The position numbers were made by a program, and so were the translations under genes. Positions 56,525 to 64,000 of a DNA stretch of 64,000 bases are shown here, piece after piece; positions within the stretch are counted from its first letter, which is position 1, and the number at the start of each line of letters is the position of its first letter. The stretch is from an uncultured Pseudobdellovibrionaceae bacterium (lineage in GTDB: Bacteria > Bdellovibrionota > FAC87 > UBA2466). Under the pieces are notes generated by a model that was not told the origin of the DNA, did not search any database, and worked only from the letters and a program-made list of their open reading frames with translations. The DNA lies in contig CAZTDN010000019.1 of assembly GCA_964611895.1 (NCBI GenBank), positions 577 to 64,576 of the forward strand. The letters are read 5' to 3'.

Positions 56525-57940
56525 ATGCGCTTGCTTTGTGTAGTTTTTGGAGTGTTGTCGGCTTCGCTCGCTTTGGCCAAGAGTAACTGCCACTTTGAAC
56601 GGCTATTGCCCGCAGCACCTGTGGCGCCTCCAAAACCCGTCACTCCCCCTAAACCCAAACCCGCACCCATGCCCTCTCCCGCTCCAGCGCAACCCGATCC
56701 CGGACGGCGTCTGCCCGATCGGTTTCCCGATCGCCCGGTGAAGCCCACAACCGATCCCCAAAACATCAACCCGTTTGGTCTGTACAAAGACAAAAGCAAT
56801 GCACGTTTTTTGGGGCAAGTCCCAGAGCCCGTTAGAGAAAACTGGTCGCGGAGCTTCGAGGAAGAGCGCACCCGCTTGCAAGCAGAAGCAGCAAAGCTGG
56901 GCGTAACCGACCCTTCGCAGCTAATGCCCAAACTCTTTCAAAATAAATATAAACTCCTCGAAATCGAAGAAAAGCATCGGCCGGAAATCGAAAAACTGCT
57001 CCGCCGAATGGCGTCAGAAGTCTATGGGGAGGACGCCACGCAGTTCTTAGAAATCCGGATCAGCAATCAGCTCCCCGCATGGCCAGAAATTGAAAAAGCA
57101 CCCGCTTCTAGCCGCCTGGGGCAGTGGTTTGCGCAGCTCAAGAAGCGGTTTTCTCGAAAGGGCAGGCAGCAGATACTATCCCAAAAACAAGACATCGAGT
57201 TTCTGAAATACCGTCGAGAGCTGTACAACATGCTCTCCCAAGCGCACGGCTACTACGGTGTGAAACGTTTTTACTCAATGTACGAAAAAGAACTGCGCGC
57301 GCTCGATCCCGAACTCCCCGAACTGCTTCGCAACGACCTTACCCTTGCCATGTATGGTAATAGCCTCATGATCCAGGGCATGCCACAGGGGCATGTCCCG
57401 CGGTTTAAGAACCGGCAAGCGATGGAAGGCATGGTGCATGGCCGCAATATCACCGAGGTGGCGGCCGAGAGAAAACAAGACGAAGACGGCTCAACCTATC
57501 TCCAAATGGGCCATCGCCGTGGAACGGCGGTAGGGCACAACTCCCACGATGCAGCCCACGAAACGGCAAAGGCCGGGTTCAAGCTCGCCACCGCCTCAGA
57601 AGCTGTTGTGCGCTCCACATTGACCGCTACAGAGCGAAAAGTTCTCGATGAGGCGACCAATACCCCTCTTGCCGAAATTCGTCAGGGAGTCTTTGGGCCT
57701 TATCTCGACGTCACCTTGAGAAAATCCATTCGTGCGTTGGTGCATCCGAATAACAGCGCGCAGCAGCTCACGGATGCGCAATACCTCACTGTAATCGACC
57801 GCGTTTTTAGTGAGTTGCCGCCAGCTCAGTTTAATTTGTTTATTGAAAAAGCAGCGGATCCGGGTTTTGCCGCAAGTCCGGAAGCCGTGGCGGAATTGCG
57901 CAATACACTCGGAGATTTTGATCTGTTTCCAAAGCCATGA
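56525..57940 (+). CDS. secreted Pro-rich protein of unknown function, translationally coupled to the giant ORF
   Basis: Signal peptide MRLLCVVFGVLSASLALA, then PPKPVTPPKPKPAPMPSPAPAQPDP linker and a ~380-aa helical domain. Stop TGA overlaps ATG 57937 (ATGA). Confidence 0.55.
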   Translation: MRLLCVVFGVLSASLALAKSNCHFERLLPAAPVAPPKPVTPPKPKPAPMPSPAPAQPDPGRRLPDRFPDRPVKPTTDPQNINPFGLYKDKSNARFLGQVPEPVRENWSRSFEEERTRLQAEAAKLGVTDPSQLMPKLFQNKYKLLEIEEKHRPEIEKLLRRMASEVYGEDATQFLEIRISNQLPAWPEIEKAPASSRLGQWFAQLKKRFSRKGRQQILSQKQDIEFLKYRRELYNMLSQAHGYYGVKRFYSMYEKELRALDPELPELLRNDLTLAMYGNSLMIQGMPQGHVPRFKNRQAMEGMVHGRNITEVAAERKQDEDGSTYLQMGHRRGTAVGHNSHDAAHETAKAGFKLATASEAVVRSTLTATERKVLDEATNTPLAEIRQGVFGPYLDVTLRKSIRALVHPNNSAQQLTDAQYLTVIDRVFSELPPAQFNLFIEKAADPGFAASPEAVAELRNTLGDFDLFPKP

Positions 57941-60900
57941 TTCGACTGATTTACATTTTGCTCCTCATTGCCTGTGGGACACTTGTGGTGTCTTCGCGCG
58001 CAGAGAACGAAGCTAGGCCCCCCGAAGGGGACCGCGATCCCGTGATCCGATTTCCTCAGTGGATGGAAGATGGCGAGGTGTTATTGCCCGAGGAAGAAAC
58101 CGATGCCTGGAAGCCTAAAAAGTATTTCCGTCGGTCTCCTCTGCTGGGAACGTCCGCCACGGAGGAGCTCTACAACATCGATCGCATCATCCAAAGAGAC
58201 TTTGAGGCACAGGACCTAGAGAAACACTGGATAGAGAACTATACAAAAGTGGCCGACGTCGCTAAACCGCCGGTGCGGGTAAACATGGCCAACGTCGGCG
58301 GGACAGTGTTTTTAGAAAACATATTGGCGTCTGAAAACCAAAAGGCTCGCCGATTTGACTCTATTCGATTCGCGGAAAGGCACCTTGAGGACATTTTGAA
58401 TGCTCTCACCAAGCCTGGCGATCCGCCTATTTCAGTCATTTTTGGAAACGGTTTCCGATCTCGAAAAATAGAAACCAAGGTTGATCTGCTCCGTGGTGGC
58501 GTGATCGAAATCGAGCCTGGGGCATTGGTCGACACCAAGAATTTGAGTGAACTCGCCGCGCTTTTTGCAACGGAAATCGCAAAAATCAAACCTGAGTTTG
58601 AGGCAAAGCACGTGGATATGTTGCGCGATTTGGATGTACCGAAGGATGTGCTTGCTAGCGAGTATATTCGAAAGCGAATTGAAGGCATGGGCAAGGGCGG
58701 GAGTGAAGAGATCCTGAACGAGAAACGCAAGCTGCTCGATGCGTATCGTCTGGCCTTGCAACAAGAACACTACGCCTTGCGCAAGGAAAACACCGACGTC
58801 AAAAGGCTAATGTCCGAAACAGGATTCAAAATAGATGTCGATGGAGTAACGGAACTGCGCGTGCGCCAGGCAGTAGACGCAGTCGATCGTCTCACCGGAA
58901 GTCCAGATGGAACGGGGAGTGAAGGGGGATTCGATCCCTGGGGAATCGTTGGCCCCAAACGCAGTCGTTCAGAAATAGAACTGCTCGGAGCCAATCCAAA
59001 GGGCCGTATCCGCAGTGCTCTTGAGCTGATCTTTGGGCGCGCTTCCGCCCAGAACACTCCTCAAAAAAGAAGCACGCAGGCGATGGAACTCGAGTTTGTG
59101 GAAAAGTACGTGCTCTGGCTAGAGAACCGAGAGCAGGGCAACTTTGCTCGCCTCAAACACCGCGGACAACCCCTCGATCCCAGTCACGACGCCATCCGTG
59201 CAAACGCGCGCTTTGCTCAAAAATTTTACTTCGGTCCGGAGATGCAGGACATCGCCTTAATCGGGGGGATTGGGGTTATTGCCTTGGGTGGCTACATCAA
59301 GGGCGTTGATGTCTTGAGTAGTATTGGCACGGGCGTATCAACCACGTGGGATACGGGAAAAATGGGTGCGTGGAATCTGTGGAGCTATATTTCCAGTTTT
59401 TTTACTTCGTCCAACCCAGGTCCAGCCCCGGTCGAACAACCTCGAGGTCCCGGTTTTCTGGATCGAATAGGGCAGTGGATCTCCAATGTCGGCGAATGGT
59501 TTGGGGGACTGTGGCCCAAGGGCGAGCCCAGTACTTCGAAGTGGGCTTGGAAAGATTATCTTCCCCCCATGCCGGAGTGGGTTGGCGAAATGGCCACATG
59601 GACAGGCAAAACCGCGTACTACCCCTTGGGCGTGATCGAGAGCCAAGTCCTATCGCCACTGGCGGAGTTTGCGACTCGACAGGGATGGCCCGGTGTGGCA
59701 GCGGTGGGGGCAGTGGCAGCTGCGTACGCTCTAGAGCGGTTGGTGGCAGCGCCCATCCAAACGCGTTCTGCCCGTTTTTTTCATCGTTACCGTATAAACC
59801 TGCAGGAGCAAGCGCACCTATTTAACCGACTGCGAAAAGTCGTCAATGCGGGGCCGCCTTCGGTAGAGGACATCGCCGATCTCGCCAAACATCAAAACCT
59901 CGCGACGGAATTCATCGAAGCCGGAAACGGGGATAAGTACGAGTTCCTGCGCAATCGCCTCGTGTATATGGTGCTTTTTGGAAAAAACGCCGCTTGGCAC
60001 CAGTATGCCAGCAAAAAGCGAGAGTATGTTTCAAATTTATACAACCAGCTTATCGAGGCAGTCGAAACGGAACTCAAAAACCAAACCGGAAAAGATCGCG
60101 TTCCCGCCCGCAAAGTCAAAAAACTCGCCCGCCAGATACTGGCGGAGGACTATATCGACCGCGGTTCCAATACCCCGGTGTCAGGGGCACAGCAGCTCCA
60201 GGGTATAGAGGGCCATGCTCAGAAGACCCAAAAACTCTTGTACTTTATGTTTGGAGCATTGGCTCAGAGAGCCGCGGAGACCAATACGACGCTCTTGCTC
60301 CGGCTCATCGACACCAAACTCTCAGAGCCGGGGCTCACCTCCGCTGATAAGAGTGCGTTGCGTGAGCAGTTATTGGCGTTGAGTTCTCTGCCACATTTGC
60401 GCAAACAAGTGCAATCTAAGTACATCGCTATTTGGCGCAAGCATTTTCCTCAAGACGTGTTGGGCACCGTGCATTCCGCCCGGCAGCTCCTCGAGCTGCA
60501 TAATGGCAAGGCTGTCCCCGAATTTGTGTTGCGATTACGGGCGCGGGAGCTTGCTACCGAAAAACTCCCCCCAGCGGAACTGGCCGAAGTGTTGCGCGCC
60601 TTGGTCGCCATGCGGATGCATACCGATGCCGCACGATTCTTGTACAAGCACCTTCCCGAAGTCGCTGCTTATAGCCACGACGCTCAAGTCCCACCAGAGC
60701 TCAGGGCAGCGACGCGCAAGAGCATTGCCACTCTTTTGGCTCAATGGCGGTCGAATTACGAAGAAAAACTTTTTCCGATCAAAGAGGCTGGAAAACGGAA
60801 TTTCTTCAAGATCGCTCTGCTTTTGCGAGCAGCCTATCTCTCGGATCCCAAAACTCGCTTTGCCTTCGGAACCCACCTGCGTGAAGCGGTAGACACGGCG

Positions 60901-63900
60901 ACTCTTTCTGCGTCGGACCTCGCTTTGAAGTGGTACTCCAAGCGCATCAACCGCACGGAGCTCGATCCGAGCAAAGATGCCGTGGAACAAATCGAGACCC
61001 TGCACCGAGAACACGATGTGGAAAGCCGTTTCCTTGCCGAGCTGTTTCTTTCGAACTTGGAAAAAAATCCAGAGATCTTACCCAACAAAACAGCAGTGTT
61101 TCGAGTCCTGGGCAGCGAACAGCCTTGGCATAATCTCAAATCCGTGGCGCAACAAAGTGGGGCTCCGTGGGAAGCAAAGCTCTTCCAGCGGTATTCCGAT
61201 CTCTCCAAAAAGTACCCGTCCTATAACTACAACCCCGGCCATTCCGAAAAAGTGCAGCGTCTTTTGCTCCGGCGTTTTGAGCAACTCGCTCCCACCGCAG
61301 AGTTGAGCGAAAGGCTTTTGTTGTGGCGCATGATGGCCGGTCGAGGGCCGACCGGAGTGACCGATGCTTACATGGAGAAGCTCGTATCGGAAATGACTCC
61401 GGCTGAGGCGAGTGGGATCTCGCTCAAGGCTCTGGAGAATGGGTGGATTTGGGATCCTCAGATTCGTTCGACGCTCTACAAAAAGTACGCGGAGCCGCGC
61501 CTGGGTCCACAAACTTTGGTAGAGGTCGATCGCGAGCAGTGGAAAAAAACTGCACAACAGCTCCAATCTCACAAGGCAGAACTGCCGTCGATAGAATCCG
61601 CCGAAGCAAAGCAGGAAAAGCTCGGAGAGATTTTGGCTACTTTCGATTCCATGGAGTTTGATGTTCCCAGCGAAAAATCCCGTTTTCGTGCGGAGGTGGA
61701 GGCACAGCTTCTCAAGCCAGATGAGGTCGATTTCGGCAAGGTGATTGAGCCCTTCAAAAAAGGCGGGCACTTTATGGATGCGCGCAACGCAGTTATCCAA
61801 GCCGAGCTGGAAAAGATTTCGGGATACTTTCCGGAGTCGGGCTACGCGGCGGCACACTTGTTTGATTGGGTGAGCCACCGTCTCCAAACGCGGGAGAGCG
61901 AAGCGCGCGGGGTTAAAGATCGTTTTGTCTCTCGAAACACTGAGGAAAAAGATCTCGGGTTTTCGGTGGTGAACGAAATCATCGAAGAAGCCAGTGGTTG
62001 GGATCCAGTAGACAAATGGAAACTGATTCGTTGGTTGCGAGGCGCTGCTGGGCCACCTGAAATCATCGTGAAGAAAATGCGCCGCATGGGGCCCGAGACG
62101 GTGCGGCGTCTGTACAGCACTTTGCCCACGCTCGTGCGCAGCACGTTTATCAGCACCTTGCTCGGAGCCCCCAAAACAGGGTTGCTAGAGAACAGTGGGA
62201 AAAATCTCTACTACGAACAGGTTCTCAACGAGATCATGCCCCGTGGAGAAAAAGCGGCCAATATCGCCAATGATCTGCTGGAGAGTTTTTTGGTCGCCAT
62301 GGAAAGAGTCTCCAATCCCGCAAAACGCCGCGCGGTTCTGTCGTACTTGCTCGCGCACCCAGTGGAGCAATCCGATACGGGAACCGTACTGAAAAACCTT
62401 CTCGAGTCCTATGGAGTTCCCGGGATTAAGCTCGGGCAAACCATGGCCGCGGGAGATTTTCTACCGGAGCATATCCGCAGCAAGCTTGCCGACCTGCACG
62501 ATCGGGCCAAGGAGCCTTATCGTCATGAAATTTTTGAACGATTGAAAGAGACTCTAAAAACCGAACATATCGAGCCACTATTTGTGGTGGAGGATCTGCG
62601 CGGATCGGCGTCGATGAAGTACACCGTCTCTGTCCTAGACGGAGAAGGGAAGCGTCATGCTATCCAGATCAAGCGCGAAGAGGCCGAAGCAGCGCTGCTG
62701 CGCAACTTCGAAGAGCTGCGCATTGTGGTGGACGAGCTTATCAAGAAGTCACCCCAGCTGTATTCCTTTCTCAAGGGCATGGTGCGGGCGACACGGGATG
62801 CGATCCGGCGTGAGTTGAGTCTGGTGCGAGAGGGACAGAAGGCGGATCTGGCCAAGGCTGAGTACTTAAAGCTTCCCCTCAAAGACAATGTCCTGGTCGA
62901 AGTTTCCCAAACCACTCCACTCATTGAAAAAGTTGCAAACGATCCGGCTGCTTTGTACCAGTTGCGAAGCTCGGAGTTTTCGGAAGGTCGAAGTATCAAT
63001 GCATTCCCGCCCTCGGTGCAAGCGCAGATGGCCGAGTTTGTCCTCACAGCCGAATCGGAAATTCTCTTCCCGCAGGACGGTCGATCCACGCACGCGGATC
63101 CCGATCGTCATCCGGGAAACATCCTCTGGGCCGTGGAAGACCAGGGAAAAGAGCTCTTGTACCGTTTTCAGCCCATCGACTGGGGGCAGCAGTTCCAGTT
63201 GACCGAAGCCGATCGAAACCGGGTGGTAGAACTCGTAGCGTTCTCGCAGATTTTTGAGAATGTCGGTGCGGAGCCCGCTCTTGTGGACCGGCTCATCGCG
63301 TTTGTGGGGATCGAGCCGAGCCAGCAGGCGGCCTTGCGCAAAGCGCTGAGCGGGTACTTTCCCAATACAAACGCAAAGCCTCGCTCGATGCTAGGCCCGT
63401 ATTACTTTCTCTTGTCGGCGCTAGAAGGGGCGGGGATGCGGTCGAATATGCTCAACTATGATCTGATCAACGGGATCTTTCGTCTGCAAGCCTACGAGAG
63501 CAAGACGCAGAATAAGAACTACCGATCTCCGAAGAAAGTGTTTACCGATCGGGTGATGAAACGGGTGAGTCAATTAGTCGACGCGACGGGCCCCAAAATG
63601 AGCCGCATTCGGTATGCATTGAACAATTCCAATCCGACCAAGTGGAAAGTCGCCCTACGCAATCAGGGCTTGCACGCCCAGGGCAAGCTCTCCGTAGATA
63701 AGTTTCTGGCCGAAATGGGAGTCTCCTCAGCCACGCGCGACCGCGCGTTGGCGGGCGTGAAACCGGAGCGGGTGGAAGCGTTGTCCACTGCCGAGGGCCT
63801 GACGCACTGGTTGGGCGAAGTGTCCACCAACCCCAAACTCCGCGCTTCTGATCGTGCGCTCATTGGGCGGTGGCTAGCGCACCCTCGGATGGAGTCGGTG

Positions 63901-64000
63901 CAACGCAATCTCCCTCTGCTCACAGCCGAAGATGTGCGTGCGGTCATGAACTCCTCTCAAGTGCTCTCTGAGATTAGCCAAGCCAAGGAAAAGACGCGTT
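57937..64000 (+). CDS. giant ORF (>2021 aa, 3'-truncated by window end): lipoprotein-like signal, ~1450-aa unknown helical region, then ABC1/UbiB-type atypical protein-kinase-like domain
   Basis: Codon-by-codon read from ATG 57937 in frame 1 finds no stop to base 64000. N-terminus MIRLIYILLLIACGTLVV. Kinase-like motifs GVPGIKLGQTMAAGDFLPEHIRSKLADLHDRAKEPY, KRHAIQIKREE, HADPDRHPGNILW near nt 62400-63350. No competing ORF >270 aa on either strand. Confidence 0.75.
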   Translation, partial: MIRLIYILLLIACGTLVVSSRAENEARPPEGDRDPVIRFPQWMEDGEVLLPEEETDAWKPKKYFRRSPLLGTSATEELYNIDRIIQRDFEAQDLEKHWIENYTKVADVAKPPVRVNMANVGGTVFLENILASENQKARRFDSIRFAERHLEDILNALTKPGDPPISVIFGNGFRSRKIETKVDLLRGGVIEIEPGALVDTKNLSELAALFATEIAKIKPEFEAKHVDMLRDLDVPKDVLASEYIRKRIEGMGKGGSEEILNEKRKLLDAYRLALQQEHYALRKENTDVKRLMSETGFKIDVDGVTELRVRQAVDAVDRLTGSPDGTGSEGGFDPWGIVGPKRSRSEIELLGANPKGRIRSALELIFGRASAQNTPQKRSTQAMELEFVEKYVLWLENREQGNFARLKHRGQPLDPSHDAIRANARFAQKFYFGPEMQDIALIGGIGVIALGGYIKGVDVLSSIGTGVSTTWDTGKMGAWNLWSYISSFFTSSNPGPAPVEQPRGPGFLDRIGQWISNVGEWFGGLWPKGEPSTSKWAWKDYLPPMPEWVGEMATWTGKTAYYPLGVIESQVLSPLAEFATRQGWPGVAAVGAVAAAYALERLVAAPIQTRSARFFHRYRINLQEQAHLFNRLRKVVNAGPPSVEDIADLAKHQNLATEFIEAGNGDKYEFLRNRLVYMVLFGKNAAWHQYASKKREYVSNLYNQLIEAVETELKNQTGKDRVPARKVKKLARQILAEDYIDRGSNTPVSGAQQLQGIEGHAQKTQKLLYFMFGALAQRAAETNTTLLLRLIDTKLSEPGLTSADKSALREQLLALSSLPHLRKQVQSKYIAIWRKHFPQDVLGTVHSARQLLELHNGKAVPEFVLRLRARELATEKLPPAELAEVLRALVAMRMHTDAARFLYKHLPEVAAYSHDAQVPPELRAATRKSIATLLAQWRSNYEEKLFPIKEAGKRNFFKIALLLRAAYLSDPKTRFAFGTHLREAVDTATLSASDLALKWYSKRINRTELDPSKDAVEQIETLHREHDVESRFLAELFLSNLEKNPEILPNKTAVFRVLGSEQPWHNLKSVAQQSGAPWEAKLFQRYSDLSKKYPSYNYNPGHSEKVQRLLLRRFEQLAPTAELSERLLLWRMMAGRGPTGVTDAYMEKLVSEMTPAEASGISLKALENGWIWDPQIRSTLYKKYAEPRLGPQTLVEVDREQWKKTAQQLQSHKAELPSIESAEAKQEKLGEILATFDSMEFDVPSEKSRFRAEVEAQLLKPDEVDFGKVIEPFKKGGHFMDARNAVIQAELEKISGYFPESGYAAAHLFDWVSHRLQTRESEARGVKDRFVSRNTEEKDLGFSVVNEIIEEASGWDPVDKWKLIRWLRGAAGPPEIIVKKMRRMGPETVRRLYSTLPTLVRSTFISTLLGAPKTGLLENSGKNLYYEQVLNEIMPRGEKAANIANDLLESFLVAMERVSNPAKRRAVLSYLLAHPVEQSDTGTVLKNLLESYGVPGIKLGQTMAAGDFLPEHIRSKLADLHDRAKEPYRHEIFERLKETLKTEHIEPLFVVEDLRGSASMKYTVSVLDGEGKRHAIQIKREEAEAALLRNFEELRIVVDELIKKSPQLYSFLKGMVRATRDAIRRELSLVREGQKADLAKAEYLKLPLKDNVLVEVSQTTPLIEKVANDPAALYQLRSSEFSEGRSINAFPPSVQAQMAEFVLTAESEILFPQDGRSTHADPDRHPGNILWAVEDQGKELLYRFQPIDWGQQFQLTEADRNRVVELVAFSQIFENVGAEPALVDRLIAFVGIEPSQQAALRKALSGYFPNTNAKPRSMLGPYYFLLSALEGAGMRSNMLNYDLINGIFRLQAYESKTQNKNYRSPKKVFTDRVMKRVSQLVDATGPKMSRIRYALNNSNPTKWKVALRNQGLHAQGKLSVDKFLAEMGVSSATRDRALAGVKPERVEALSTAEGLTHWLGEVSTNPKLRASDRALIGRWLAHPRMESVQRNLPLLTAEDVRAVMNSSQVLSEISQAKEKTR

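Noticed and set aside
61078-61887. 269-aa minus-strand ORF (largest of several) overlapping the giant + strand ORF
   Set aside because: The opposite strand is open for over 6 kb with coherent protein-like translation and a recognisable kinase-like domain. The minus ORF is low-complexity (Arg/Leu/Ser-rich) and has no partner genes.
1-64000. CRISPR arrays, rRNA genes, integrases/phage structural genes, toxin-antitoxin pairs
   Set aside because: I looked for regularly spaced direct repeats and for the characteristic proteins and found none. The only dispersed repeats noticed are the REP-like palindromes at 55753-55796 and 56373-56445.

Overview
This is a 64 kb chromosomal window from a moderately GC-rich Gram-negative bacterium. 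Gene content resembles a Bdellovibrio/delta-proteobacterium-like lineage: a sigma-54 activator, an ACIII plus caa3 respiratory chain, and many secreted proteins.

The core content is well supported:
- A 5'-truncated UvrD-family helicase.
- A lemA-TPM-TPM operon.
- A Ser/Thr kinase translationally adjacent to a sigma-54 activator (putative FHA-like N-terminus, sigma-54 AAA+ core), followed by a GG-N10-GC sigma-54 promoter.
- A large phosphate/polyphosphate neighbourhood: ppk1, a SixA-like histidine phosphatase, ppx, an OlsB-like acyltransferase, a PhoX-like Tat-secreted phosphatase, pstSCAB-phoU-phoB, then phoR, with two unrelated genes between phoB and phoR.
- Acyl-CoA dehydrogenase with etfBA.
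- A complete alternative complex III operon (actABCDEF) fused to SCO1 and a caa3-type cytochrome c oxidase (subunits II, I, III, IV).
- A Fur-family regulator operon, and hldD.

From about 49 kb onward the region looks accessory. It carries a tRNA-Gly(CCC), a caspase-like protein, an RCC1-repeat lipoprotein, a hemerythrin, and a REP-associated tyrosine transposase with flanking REP palindromes.

The most striking object is an ORF that opens at 57937 and is still open after 2021 codons at the window end. It is missing from the supplied ORF track because it never closes. It encodes a giant lipoprotein-like protein with an ABC1/UbiB-type atypical kinase domain, and is translationally coupled to an upstream proline-rich secreted protein.

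No CRISPR arrays or rRNA genes were seen.
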